DNA from: Octopus bimaculoides
Taxonomy: Eukaryota
Reading direction: 5' to 3'
Assembly: GCF_001194135.2 (NCBI RefSeq)
Contig: NC_069005.1
Span: 4,857,805 to 4,921,804, forward strand
Length of the DNA: 64,000 bases
Of the stretch, positions 41,912 to 55,896 are shown piece by piece (position 1 is the stretch's first letter; the number at the start of each line of letters is the position of its first letter). The notes beneath the pieces were generated by a model. The model ran no database searches. It saw only the letters and a program-made list of their open reading frames with translations, and was not told the origin of the DNA. A program made the position numbers and the translations under genes.

Positions 41912-41941
41912 GGTAATTCCTCTCCCCACTCTTTCTGTCTT

Positions 41942-41978
<37 letters not shown>

Positions 41979-43671
41979 TCCTCTCTCTCTCGGTCGCTCA
42001 CGTGGTTTGTCTTCCTTGGCTTTCTTTCTTATTTTTCTTATCTTATCCTCCTCTACTCTCCCACTGTTTCTCTCTCACTTCCGGTTTATAACTGGCCGAA
42101 TGTAAATACTGATATATTGCTTTACAAAATTATTACATGTCACTGGTGTTTTTTCTAATACAACTTTGAAAGCTCTGCCGTTGCTGTTCAATAGCCATAT
42201 CTCAGTATTAAAAAGCTTCTCAGTTCAATACAGATAACACACTAATGATACAATTTGTGATCGATCACAGGTGTTTTGATTATCTTCCATCGATGCTATT
42301 ATTGTCTTTATAACATTGTCCTCCTATAATAACGATCCATAGATGTGGCGTCTCTCAATTGTAGCTCCGCGATAAAACAGGTAAACATTCCATACATTGG
42401 TACCGTGTCAATGAACTGTTTCTGTCTGAATGCAGCTTTTAATTATACCTTGCAGGTCCTAGATTTCCAGTGGTAATAATCTCCCTCGGCTGCTAAATCT
42501 TCAGTGTTATTACAAGTATAATTAATGCAACGATAACTATATGCACATAGGTAAGTTTATATTAATAAACCATATGTTTGCAAGTGGGAGAGTACATCCA
42601 ACTGAAAATATTCAGAGACAGTTTTAAAACTTTTTTGCAGTGCATTAGTAATTTCAGTGACTTCCAAAATTGAAATACTAATTAAAAAGAAAACAAAAAG
42701 CACTCATAATTTTTAAAGTAACTTCTCTATATTCTGCAAGCAATCAGGCGTCCAAAACACTAACAAATACCGGAAGCAAGTCAAGCAGTATGTGTGTGTG
42801 AAGGTAAAACATAGACTCCAGATATAGCAACAAAGGGTTGCGTTGGTATGTAGTAGGTATAAAACTTTCGCAGACGATAATATGCAAGATTGCTGTGAAA
42901 AAGAGAAAACTCGAGGACTTTCGAACAACGCCTTCAATGAAAATTGTGTGAGTTACAAGGAAAATAGTTGAGTTTAAATAATTAACACTTGCGAGACGCT
43001 ATCAGCTGAAATTCAAATGATTGACTTACTCAGATTGCAAAAACTTTCAAGCAGACTTGTACTTGTTTAACATTCAAAATATGTCATATCTATGAATAAA
43101 ATAGGAAATTCTACGTAAAATCTTAGAAATATCCAAAATTGCTTTTTTCCTTTTAAATCATTCGTGATTGATATCACTCAGTCTCTCATAGAAGATTTCG
43201 TGTATTCGTGTCTATTTAACAACAGATTGGTTCTCAAAAAATGTTATGTAATTATCTTATTAATATATTATATATATATATATATATGCGTGTGTATATT
43301 ATATACTGCATATATTGTATGTATGTATGTGTATAGATATTCAATATATATACATATCTGTATATATATCCAATAATAATGTATATCTCTGTGAGAAGAA
43401 GGTGTTACATTATATAATGTATTATATATACGCATATACGTCCGTTTGTAGGTGTGTATTCATATTATATTTGTCTTTGCATCAGTTGTCTAAGCCTTTT
43501 TAAAACTTTGCTATATCTTCTTCATGATCCATCGGAAGAAAATGTAAACAATGAAAGAAGCTGCGAAGAAGACAAATACGTTCTTAAATGGAATAAACAT
43601 TGTGTTAGGTATTAGTAATATAAAAGAAGAATACACGAACGCATCAAATGAAACGGATCCAAACTCCAAGT

Positions 43672-43745
<74 letters not shown>

Positions 43746-44566
43746 TGTTTGTATATTCCTCAGTTACTTTTTCCTGTCCAGGTTTTCTTCTGATGATCAC
43801 CAGTTGACACGCTTAATGTTCAACATCAATTTATACGAGCGCTTGTAAACGATAGAAATGTTTTTTTATGTAAGGTGATCTTGACCAAAGCCACTTACAA
43901 GTGACTGTTCTGTGCACAGTACAAAGCTGACTTGCACCGTATTCCGTGTTCGTAAATGCCTCCACAAATGCGAGAAAATGCTAAAGTTAGTGGAAGGGGA
44001 AAAGGTGAAGAGTTTATTTAATAGGTAATAGAATGTTTATGCAAGCCAACAAAAGCTTTGTTTTGAATGTGAAACTATAAAATGTAAAGAATTAAAAAAA
44101 GTAAAGTAATAACGTATAATTTCAATAGAAAAAACTGAAAGGAAAGATAAAGCTGTAAGACAAGTAACTGAACAACAATAAGAACAAAATGATGATGACG
44201 GTGAAGAGGATGATCATGGTGATGGAGTCTATATGGGTGGGGGTTAGCACAAAGAAATACGATGTTGTCGATGACGGGAGTGGAAGCAGGAATTGATAGG
44301 GGTGATGGTGATGATGATGATGATGATGATGGTATTAAAGGGAAAGAGGACGACACGACGATGACTATGGGTAGGATAGCGTTGGCAGTGGCGGTAGTGA
44401 TGGTCGTTACGCTGGTGGTGGTGATGGTGGTGACGGCGGTGACGGTGGTGATGGTGGTGGTTGTGACGGCGATGGTAAAGATGATTAAGATGATGGGTTC
44501 CATAAACAACCACCTCCATTCAATAAGGTCGCCATGGAAACTCGGGCTTTCATTTACAAAAGGTAG

Positions 44567-44629
<63 letters not shown>

Positions 44630-44631
44630 GC

Positions 44632-44694
<63 letters not shown>

Positions 44695-44914
44695 CTGGCG
44701 ATATTAGTGGGAACAATGAAGATAATAGCACTAATACTACTTCTAACACTACTACTACTACTACTACTACTACAAAGAATTTTAACCGTAATATTCCCAT
44801 ATTGTATAAGCAGCAGTCTTTTAAAGGTGCGCGTGTCAATACATATGTATATACAAATTTATATGTATACACACATATATACATACATATATATATGTAT
44901 ATCTATATTTACAT

Positions 44915-44970
<56 letters not shown>

Positions 44971-45463
44971 ACATACAAGCAAGCAAATATATGTGAGTGT
45001 GTCTGTGTGTATACATATATATGAGTGGGGTATGTATCTATGCATGTATGTACATATCTATGTATGTATGTTTGTATACATATATGTGTATGTATGCATA
45101 TATGCGTATACTTTGTATAACCAATTACACTAAGTAACCACGAACGTTAAGAAGTCTGTGTGAATGTAATTAAAAGTATTAACTAATGACCAACACAAAC
45201 AACAATATACAGGTCAACGTACGAAGACACGCATGTTCACTCGTACACCTTTATATATCTACGTGTGTATATAGACAGTGTTTACATATATTTATATTTG
45301 CATCCTTGAATCTATCGATTTGTCAGTTTATCTATTACCTAGCCATCAGCCTTTCTATCACGTATCTGTCTCCCTTTCAATCTACCTATATACCTTTCTA
45401 TCAATGTATCTATCTATCTATCTCGCTATCCCTCAATCAATCCATTCACATTTCTGTCTATCT

Positions 45464-45509
45464 GGCATGGGTGGGGCCCTGATCAATTTAGATCAATCGA
45501 AAGCTTTCG
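45464..45509 (+). mobile_element. Tx1/L1-clade RT fragment at gap edge
   Basis: Encodes GMGGALINLDQSKAF, the non-LTR RT motif (consensus LDxxKAFD). Flanked by CTAT-type repeats before the fragment and after the 100-N gap. Confidence 0.55.
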
Positions 45510-45949
45510 NNNNNNNNNNNNNNNNNNNNNNNNNNNNNNNNNNNNNNNNNNNNNNNNNNNNNNNNNNNNNNNNNNNNNNNNNNNNNNNNNNNNNNNNNNN
45601 NNNNNNNNNTCTATCAATCTATTTAGCTACCTACTTATCTTTTATTTCCCTAATGCAACTTAATTCACGATGCACTTCATATTTTACTTCGCACATCCCG
45701 AACACTATGCTAGAAATAACTGCCAATTTTCTTCCAATTCCCATCGTGCCTTTCCCCAAATATTGAACGGCAGGTTGAACTGGATAACGTAGTTTTGTGC
45801 AGAAAAATTTGTTAAACAAAAAAGTAAAGAAAGACATCAGATGAATATGGCAGACCCAAATATGATACTCGAACGGGGATAACCTTAAATAAAATTGAAT
45901 AAATTAACATCGACGACAAAGACAATAGCCAATCGCATCCAACTTTGTA

Positions 45950-46215
45950 ACCACGTGGTTTCAGGCTTAGTTCTCGTCCTCTGCGTAGCACTTTGTGGAA
46001 GTGTCTTCCATTATAACCCCTGGCTGACCAATGTTTTTCAAGAAAATTTGGTTGATGGAGACTGAGTGGAAGCCCGTTGTATATCTATATCTAAATTGTG
46101 CCTGAGTTTGTTCCCTCCCAACCGCTTGGCAGCTGGTGTTGGTCTGTTTATGACCTCCACAAATTAGCGGTTCGGTAAAAAGTGTCTGATAGAATGAATG
46201 CCAGACTTAATAAAG
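45950..46215 (+). mobile_element. SINE family B, old diverged copy (further tail fragment near 46622-46715)
   Basis: Core and tail motifs recognisable despite many substitutions. Confidence 0.6.
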
Positions 46216-47463
46216 ATTTTTTTTTTTAAAATTGTGTACCTAGGATGTTGTACTCAATATCAGAATGCAAGAGTTAATGTTTCATCAGGTGGTGAAGCAG
46301 GTTTGTAGGCACTTGAGTTCCTTACAAAGCGACCCCAGACTGGCCCGGGGCTGCCTGCCAATGTAGGTCAAAACATTTCCCTCGAACCTGCACGAGCTTT
46401 GTTGTTTCAGGTGTTGTGACCCTGGGCCATATGTTTCTACCATCTTCAACGCTCGTTCTCACTGCACCAATCATCTTCTCTCTTAAGTCAGCTGTAATGA
46501 CGTAATTTCAAATCAGCTGCCAACAATTCTCTGGAAACCATTTTTTTTGTTTTCTTCTCACCTAATATCCTTCTAGGAATTGTCTACAATATGTATCAAA
46601 CTTTAAAAATAATTAAATACTTGTGTCGAGTCGATTTGTTCGATTAAAGGTTTGAATATTTTGCCCCAGCATGTCTGCAGTTCAATAAATGAAAGAAGTA
46701 ACAAGTGAAAGATAAAAGCAAAATGATTGCATGCGATGTTTTCATAATGTCCGCCATTTTTGCTTTCGTTCAACGAAGAAGTATCATGATGGTGTTTACT
46801 GTTTTGTTAATCCGAACGTAAGTTTTCTTTTGATAGCTGGATGTTATCGTGTTCGATAAAGGAATGGCTGTGCTACTTTTGTCAGACGAGCAGACAACAT
46901 AAATCGAATCAGGTGCTGAGGCAGGGAGTCGGAGAGAAAGGGTCAGAAATACAAGACAAAGAGAGAGAAAAAACACGAATGCTTCAAAGAGATTTCGTAT
47001 TATCTCACGTCGTTTTTACCTTATCAAATCATGTTGATACGTTCGGATGACTGGATGTCGACAAACATGCTATATACACATGTTGTTACGAACAGAGCAA
47101 CACAGCTAAACACACAAACATATGCATACGTGCAATGACGTGCGTGTGTGTAGTTGTGTGTGTGTGTGTGTTTGTTTGTGCATGTATATGAACATTGTAC
47201 GTTTTTTATGCATATATATATATAAACAGACACACAGACACATATATACATATATGTGTGTGTGTGCGCGCGTGAGTGTGTGTAGGTGTGTTTATGTATG
47301 TATACAGATAGATCGAATGAGAGACAAATACATAGATACATGGATAGATAGAGATAGAGATAGAGAGAGATTGAGAGAGAGAGATTGACATACAGACAGA
47401 CAAGCAAATAGACACATAGGTAGATAAATAGATAAATAGACACATAGGTAGATAAATAGATAA

Positions 47464-47499
<36 letters not shown>

Positions 47500-47892
47500 A
47501 TACATAGATACGTAACACCCCTGTCATGTTGTTTATCGGTTGCTAAGTAACTGAGTTAGTTGGTGTTTTCAAACTCCATTCCATATTGGTGGGTGTATAC
47601 AATAATATGGAAGCAGATAGAATATATACATACCCTATACACAAAACGAAATATGTATATATATGTGTGTGTGTGTGTGCGCGTGTATAGTTATATAGAG
47701 TATATCTATGTGTGTATGTATATATGTCTATACATATGAGCGTATGTGTGTATATATAATATATATATATATACATATATATACATACATAAATGCACAC
47801 ACAAACACACACACATGTATATCCATAGGTAAATATATAAAGACATGTTTATACGTATATAACTACATACTCATATATATGTATATATATAC

Positions 47893-47971
<79 letters not shown>

Positions 47972-48431
47972 CGTATGTATGTAGCTATGTGTGTGTGTAT
48001 AAGTTTGTATGTGACTGTCTGTGTGTGAGAGACTATTTCTTTTAACTGTTACATAACAGTGAGGTTAGACAGTGCTCTCTTTTAACCTTGGTCAATGCAC
48101 TCATCTCTATAAGTCTTCCATAGACTGAGCTATTATTCGTCGTTGTTGGTCTTGTTTACCGTCACTGTTGTTGTTGCTGTTGTTGTCGCTGTGGATATGG
48201 TTGTTTAATCTGATTTAATGGTTTCCTCGCGTGACCTCCTTGTACTTGTGTATTCAATAGATTTATTTGTTCAGCGCATCAAGTATGTTGCCCCGAACGC
48301 CGATTTTGATATTTACTTTTTCATGCAGCTGGCGTCCCTGAGTAAAATTACATAATTACAAGGATGTTTCCTGATATCAACCCAAGTACATTCGTACATT
48401 ATATTTTCTCAATCTTTTGTTTCATTTTATT

Positions 48432-48625
48432 TTATTACCTCTGCCTTAGCGAAGGCGGTGGTATTGTTTCAGTCGTGTTTGTTTGTTTGTTCGTTTGTTT
48501 GTCCGTGGACAAGATATCTCAAGAACCGCTGGATGGATTCGGATGAAACTTTCAGGGATGTTTGGACTCGTGACTGGCAGAAGCTGATTAGATTTTGTGA
48601 TTGATCCTTTGCCGAACAAGGATTC
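48432..48625 (+). mobile_element. Non-autonomous Helitron/Helentron-associated (HINE/DINE-1-like) element fragment
   Basis: ttattacctctgcc...ggcggtgg hairpin start, (TTTG)n, then caagatatctcaagaaccgctggatggattcggatgaaactttcaggg, a layout typical of HINE-like elements. Assignment from recalled consensus. Confidence 0.5.
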
Positions 48626-48774
48626 TATATTATTTGTTATATTTACTTCACATGGTTACGGTCTTACGATAACTTTCAAGCTTTTCTCAATTATCTCCCT
48701 TTGAGCTGTAACTATTTTGAATGGTCAATTTGTTAACTTCAGCTTGTATTAGATAATTTGGAATTACAATTTGG

Positions 48775-49828
48775 AATTTTTTGCGGAGGGTGAAAGTGTT
48801 AACAAGAACAGGACAGTGAGAACAAGACAATAAAAAACAGTAAGAGCAGGACAGTGAGAAGAAGACAGTAAAAAAACATTAACAACAGGACAGTGAGAAG
48901 AAGACAGTAAAAAACATTAACAACAGGACAGTGAGAACAAGACAGTAAAACAAACAGTGAGGGCTGTTAAGCCAAGACGATAGAAAAATTATTATGAACG
49001 CTTAAAATAGACGTGCATGAGAGAAGAGACAGAAAAATACGTCTTTTCTATAAGAAGGCAGGCAGTGAGGGAAGGTGGCGGAGCAATTTTCACAATAGAC
49101 TCGGCCGACAACCGAATTCGTCCCACACGTGGCAGTAGCCGTTCAGCATAAGCCAACAAGCTCGAAATGGTTGAACACTGCACGAATGCATGCAGAACGG
49201 TTTCGTCGATCTGACCGCATCTGGGCAAGTCGGTCCGATGTGACTCGAACCGTGCCTGTAGAGCTTATCCCGAACGGGCAATGCTTCCCGATAGCACTGC
49301 CAGGCCAGGGGTCTCTGGTACTTGTCCATAAGTCCCGGCCCGAAAGTTGTCCTGAACAGGCGGGTCAGGTGATCCTCGTCGGCGCCCAGATTCTCCCGGA
49401 GAACGTCGTCGCACCTCCCCTCCACTAATCCTCTATAGAACGCCTTCGTGGAATTGAAGTCGCACAAGTTTGGTCCCGCACGGCAGAGTTGCTTGAGAGC
49501 AAGGCGGCACTCGCGGTGCCATTCGCATAGCCCCGGTTTCTGTTTGATTCACGACTGCAATTCCGTCAAAGAAACGAGCTGCGGGAAAGCGCACCTCAAA
49601 AATGGTGACCACACCTGTTCACCGTAGGTTATGAAGCGCCGGAGAAGCCGCCGTCTCAGGGCATGTCTGCGCATCATCATCCACGCATGCCCAGCCCTCC
49701 ATTTAGCGGGTGTTGACAGCAAATGGATCGCCCGAAGAGTATGCGTTCCAGTCTGGTGATGGTAGGGACAGTTTTTTCTATACAAATAAAGCCAGCTTAC
49801 TTGGAGCCGATCTGTCAAGAATCCATTC

Positions 49829-49830
<2 letters not shown>
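48775..49830 (-). mobile_element. 5'-truncated Tx1/L1-clade LINE, 3' end with zf-RVT domain, frameshifted
   Basis: LAWQCYREALPVRDKLYRHG...TC, then after a frameshift PRCGQIDETVLHAFVQC (zf-RVT CCHC). Locally GC-rich, with a T-rich 3' UTR containing tandem repeats. Confidence 0.8.
48799..48960. repeat. About 38-bp tandem repeat x4 in the LINE 3' UTR
   Basis: caggacagtgagaa recurs at 48809, 48847, 48886 and 48924. Confidence 0.9.
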
Positions 49831-49890
<60 letters not shown>

Positions 49891-49902
49891 CGAAAGAACA
49901 CA

Positions 49903-49948
49903 TTCCCATGGCGGGAATCGAACCCGGCCCGCCAGGAATCCTAACCAC

Positions 49949-49952
<4 letters not shown>
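49903..49952 (-). pseudogene. tRNA-Glu(TTC)-derived fragment lacking the anticodon loop, embedded in (CTAT)n
   Basis: TCTAGTGGTTAGGATTCCTGG-CGGGCCGGGTTCGATTCCCGCCATGGGAA matches metazoan tRNA-Glu, with about 12 nt deleted at the anticodon and the 5' acceptor strand missing. Confidence 0.7.
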
Positions 49953-49995
<43 letters not shown>

Positions 49996-50129
49996 GCGAT
50001 ACCTCAGCTTTCACACAATTCATGCAAGATAATTCACTTAATGTATTTAAGTAAACGTTCAATATCTAATATACGACATATCGTTTGATGTTCGGCCTTT
50101 TTCTTAACAAATTTTTTTTTTAAATTATA

Positions 50130-50167
<38 letters not shown>

Positions 50168-50587
50168 CTATCTCTCTCTCTCTCTCTCCCTCTCTATCTC
50201 TCCCTCTCTCTCTCTCTCTATCTCTCCCTCTCACTCTCTCTCTCTCTCTCTCTTTCTTTCTCTCCCGTTTCTTTCTCCCTCTCTCTCTTTCTCTCCGTCT
50301 CCCTCACGCACACTCTCACAAACGCCTACAGACAGGCACACACTCAGCAGTGATACGAACAAAAGAAGATAATCCTGAAAATCTCTTTAGTCGTAATAAC
50401 CAAGATTGGAGATTAGGTGAACGTCTTAAAAGTATTGAGATTAAAGAGGGCTTATTGAGTTGATTTGGCCTTTTGTTGTACTAGCGAAAGAACCGAACGG
50501 ATCGATAAAGGACGCAAATCTGATTCCCACATGGAGGGCAAACTGCGGTACTGTCATACACGCACACACACACATATACACACACAT

Positions 50588-50619
<32 letters not shown>

Positions 50620-52384
50620 GTATAAGTATATACATATATATATATGCTTATACATATATGTATACTTATATATACATATATGTATAAGTATATATATATA
50701 TATATATATATGTATATACATATATATAGAGAGAGAGACAGAGAGAGTGAAAGACATGTATATATGTATATATATAAATACATATACGTATATATACATA
50801 CATATACGTATATATACATATATATATATGTATATATATATTTATATATATATATATATATATATATNNNNNNNNNNNNNNNNNNNNNNNNNNNNNNNNN
50901 NNNNNNNNNNNNNNNNNNNNNNNNNNNNNNNNNNNNNNNNNNNNNNNNNNNNNNNNNNNNNNNNNNNNNNNNNNNNNNNNNNNNNNNNNNNNNNNNNNNN
51001 NNNNNNNNNNNNNNNNNNNNNNNNNNNNNNNNNNNNNNNNNNNNNNNNNNNNNNNNNNNNNNNNNNNNNNNNNNNNNNNNNNNNNNNNNNNNNNNNNNNN
51101 NNNNNNNNNNNNNNNNNNNNNNNNNNNNNNNNNNNNNNNNNNNNNNNNNNNNNNNNNNNNNNNNNNNNNNNNNNNNNNNNNNNNNNNNNNNNNNNNNNNN
51201 NNNNNNNNNNNNNNNNNNNNNNNNNNNNNNNNNNNNNNNNNNNNNNNNNNNNNNNNNNNNNNNNNNNNNNNNNNNNNNNNNNNNNNNNNNNNNNNNNNNN
51301 NNNNNNNNNNNNNNNNNNNNNNNNNNNNNNNNNNNNNNNNNNNNNNNNNNNNNNNNNNNNNNNNNNNNNNNNNNNNNNNNNNNNNNNNNNNNNNNNNNNN
51401 NNNNNNNNNNNNNNNNNNNNNNNNNNNNNNNNNNNNNNNNNNNNNNNNNNNNNNNNNNNNNNNNNNNNNNNNNNNNNNNNNNNNNNNNNNNNNNNNNNNN
51501 NNNNNNNNNNNNNNNNNNNNNNNNNNNNNNNNNNNNNNNNNNNNNNNNNNNNNNNNNNNNNNNNNNNNNNNNNNNNNNNNNNNNNNNNNNNNNNNNNNNN
51601 NNNNNNNNNNNNNNNNNNNNNNNNNNNNNNNNNNNNNNNNNNNNNNNNNNNNNNNNNNNNNNNNNNNNNNNNNNNNNNNNNNNNNNNNNNNNNNNNNNNN
51701 NNNNNNNNNNNNNNNNNNNNNNNNNNNNNNNNNNNNNNNNNNNNNNNNNNNNNNTGCTGCTGCTGCTGCTGCTGCTGCTGGTGTTGGTGATGCTGATGCT
51801 GGTGTTGGTGGCAACGGCGGTGGCAGTGGTGGTATCGGTGAGGATCATGAGAAGTAGAGGGAGGAGAAGAGAAGAGGAGGCGGAGGAGAAGAAAGGGGAG
51901 GGGAGGATGATTATAATAACTATTGTAATTATAATTATGATTATAATAATGTCTCTTTCTTATATCATCGTCTGATTTGAATTGGCATTCAGTGTTTTAT
52001 GGAGGAAGAGATCAGAGAGTACATGCCTTTGAATTGATTAAATGCCTGATAAAAGCCCCTTCCGCAGGCAATTCGTACTGCGTGACCAATTCGTACGGTA
52101 CGATGATGGTTTTATTGAAGTTCAAGTTATTTGAAATATCTACATGTCGAGTTCGAGTTGAGCTAAGCCATGAGCATAACTCTGACCCCAGCATGCAACG
52201 TCATTACAACCCACTTCTCTTAAAATAAGAAATCTAAGGAGATGCTTTCGTCTTGGTAAAGTGATAGATATTAGAACGCTTATAGAAATATAGCTTGGTA
52301 TATTTGCTACGGTACGTTATGTCCCGAATGCAAAGCATACTGCGAACAAGTTTGCTTTTTATTCTTATATATATATATATATCA

Positions 52385-52720
52385 GAGACCTCCTTCGGTC
52401 ACGAATGACCATGGGATTGCGCCTAGAAAGTTACCCTTCGAGGCACAAATTCGGTCAAGGTTGTTTATGGAAGACCAACAGTCACCCATGTATACCAGCC
52501 TCTCCTCGCGTCACCGATGTTACCCAAAGGAAAGGCAAAGACCAATAGAGCTTGGCACCTGTGACATTCGTAACTCATTTCCTCATTTCTACAGCTGAGT
52601 GAACTGGAGCAACGTGAAATAAAGTGCCTTGCCCAAGAACACAACACGCAGCCTGGTCCGGGATTCGAACTCACAACCTCACGGTCGTAAGTTCGACACT
52701 CTAGACACTGAGCTATGCCA
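52385..52720 (-). mobile_element. SINE of family D type with a different 3' tail
   Basis: Sense ggcatagctcagtgtctagag (A box), gttcgaatccc (B box), gtgttcttgggcaaggcactttatttcacgttgctccagt. Confidence 0.7.
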
Positions 52721-53742
52721 TAGACATATACTGAGCCATATATATCTATATATATATATTACGTCATATGAAACGTATTGCAGAATAAGTAGAAAGATAT
52801 ATTTTCCAATGCGTAAATACAGATAGAACGGCATATATAGGATAAAAGCCTTTCACAGTAAAAAACATTTCTCGGCAACCGGATGCATTGGTAATAAATA
52901 AGACATTTCTCCAAACGTTAGATATTCAAAATAGGTTATTCAGTGGTTACTACATAAGTCCAGTAATAATTCTTATATGGTAAGAATTTAGAGATATATT
53001 CCGGTGGATTATTCCAAATATATTACCTTTAACCGTATAGTTTTCCTGGAGTATTTAATAACAGCAATATTAAGAAGAATTATGACGAAGTAGCATTAGC
53101 ATTACTCGTAATTCATTTTTATAACCTTATACACACACACACACACAGAAACACTTAAGGAACAAACACATACTTCATACACAAACACACACACACACGC
53201 GCGCACACACACCCGATAACCTCATACGCACAAACTGTACACGGTGTCTTGCACTCTCACACATATACACACGTCCGCACACTCACACACATACATAAAT
53301 ACACGTTCACACACTCCACACAACGCACACGGTGGTTTACTTATACAAGCACACACACACTCACACCTCCCATACTCACATAATTATATACACACACACA
53401 CACTTACACACACAGACACCTGTCTAACATAAACACAGTTCAGCCGGGTCACCGTTATTATCTCCCCTTCACTCAACCTCTTATTTCCGGTCATTTCATC
53501 ATATTAAACCGTTAATCCTAACATATTTTTCACTCTCCATTTTTTTTCTTCTCTCATCCCCTTTCGTACCATGGTTTGTAAGAAACGAAGTAGAACTATG
53601 GAAGAAAATGGTCGCTTAAATTGCTAGTCTTCTGCAGGGACCCAAACGGGGCTGTAATAGCTGATCCAGTGTATAACCTATTTTGTTGATCGCGGCCAAA
53701 CTGGGGCAATAAAACGGTTTTAGTAACATCGTAAGTTATACG

Positions 53743-53782
<40 letters not shown>

Positions 53783-54219
53783 AATCCAAAACAGAAGAGC
53801 AAACGCAAAAAAAACACAACGCGAGGACGTGGTACATATAAAGTATTAGCAGACGCTCGAGGAAGGAAAGAAAGATGGTTTAACGTTTCCAGCAGACGCT
53901 CTTCTTCGGAAATAGAGGTAAGTCCAATAGANNNNNNNNNNNNNNNNNNNNNNNNNNNNNNNNNNNNNNNNNNNNNNNNNNNNNNNNNNNNNNNNNNNNN
54001 NNNNNNNNNNNNNNNNNNNNNNNNNNNNNNNNNNNNNNNNNNNNNNNNNNNNNNNNNNNNNNNNNNNNNNNNNNNNNNNNNNNNNNNNNNNNNNNNNNNN
54101 NNNNNNNNNNNNNNNNNNNNNNNNNNNNNNNNNNNNNNNNNNNNNNNNNNNNNNNNNNNNNNNNNNNNNNNNNNNNNNNNNNNNNNNNNNNNNNNNNNNN
54201 NNNNNNNNNNNNNNNNNNN

Positions 54220-54302
<83 letters not shown>

Positions 54303-54334
54303 TGTAAGCATACATATATGTACACAACTATCTT

Positions 54335-54481
54335 CCAATCAGTTTCCATCTATCAAATTGTCTCACAAAGCATTGGTCGGGCTGCGAATGTAGGAGAAGT
54401 CACATTCCCTAAAATGGCGCGCAGTGGGAATGAAACGGTAAACACGAGGCTGGAAAGCAAACATCTTGACCACAGGGCCAT
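54335..54481 (-). mobile_element. SINE family B, diverged head and core
   Basis: tcagtttccatctatcaaatt..ctcacaaagcattggtcgg...gcgcagtggga matches the reverse complement of family B. Confidence 0.6.
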
Positions 54482-55640
54482 GAATTTCACCTATGCATTT
54501 ACCCGAGACTGTACGGTTGCANNNNNNNNNNTTGACCACACGGCCATGAATTTCACCTATGCATTTACCCGAGACTGTACGGTTGCAATCGAATCAAATA
54601 TGGTTAGAATTGAAGATCCGAACCTGCAAACAATGAGAGAGATTCTTAACCACACGATCACGCCCAAGACAGAACACTCAAGCTGAGAATATCTAAACCT
54701 ACTGTGTTATGAGATGCAGAAGATGTTTTTTTAATGTGAAAGTTTACATAAGTTTTGTGGAAGAGATGTTTAATATTTTAAGTAGGGCAAAAAGTAACGA
54801 TAATAGGTAAGGCAGGAGATGAAAAGATTCGCCTTTGTTATTTCACTTCTTAGCAGGCGAGATACACTCATTCAACGTTAACATTCTTCACCGAATAACA
54901 TGGCGTCTTTGCTTTTTAATTTAACCTAAACTTGTTTACTAATCTTTCCCACTCACTCTTTCACTCTCTCTCTCTCTCTCTCTCTCCCTCTCTTTCTATC
55001 TCTCTCTCTCTCTCTCTTCCTTTCTCTCTTCTTGGCTCTTCCTATTTCTCTATCTCACTCCCATAAAACCAGACTCATCTATATATACATAGTTATATCC
55101 ATATATATATAAATATATATATACACACACACACACATATNNNNNNNNNNNNNNNNNNNNNNNNNNNNNNNNNNNNNNNNNNNNNNNNNNNNNNNNNNNN
55201 NNNNNNNNNNNNNNNNNNNNNNNNNNNNNNNNNNNNNNNNNNNNNNNNNNNNNNNNNNNNNNNNNNNNNNNNNNNNNNNNNNNNNNNNNNNNNNNNNNNN
55301 NNNNNNNNNNNNNNNNNNNNNNNNNNNNNNNNNNNNNNNNNNNNNNNNNNNNNNNNNNNNNNNNNNNNNNNNNNNNNNNNNNNNNNNNNNNNNNNNNNNN
55401 NNNNNNNNNNNNNNNNNNNNNNNNNNNNNNNNNNNNNNNNNNNNNNNNNNNNNNNNNNNNNNNNNNNNNNNNNNNNNNNNNNNNNNNNNNNNNNNNNNNN
55501 NNNNNNNNNNNNNNNNNNNNNNNNNNNNNNNNNNNNNNNNNNNNNNNNNNNNNNNNNTATGTGTATATATATATCTGTCTATGTGTGCACGCGTGTGAAA
55601 GTACGTATTGATCAGGAACAAATATACAAAATAATAAAAA

Positions 55641-55709
<69 letters not shown>

Positions 55710-55851
55710 TATAATAATAATAATATTTAGAAGAAGGAGGAGGAGGAGGAGGAGGAGGAGAAGGAGGGGGATGAGGATGGTGGTGGTGGTGACGACGACG
55801 TTGATGACCACGATGATGATGATGATGATGACTGACGACAATGATGATGAC

Positions 55852-55896
<45 letters not shown>

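Noticed and set aside
46284-46290. Other CTGATGA heptamers (e.g. minus 46284 and 19042, plus 43790 and 61654)
   Set aside because: None is followed by a helix II and GAAAC, so they are not hammerheads.
48799-48960. Repeat array as CRISPR
   Set aside because: The units are contiguous tandem copies without unique spacers, lie in a LINE 3' UTR, and there are no cas genes in this eukaryotic context.
54466-54588. About 56-bp direct repeat flanking a 10-N gap
   Set aside because: Two near-identical copies (one mismatch) on either side of a minimal gap indicate unmerged overlapping contig ends, probably alleles. Assembly artefact.
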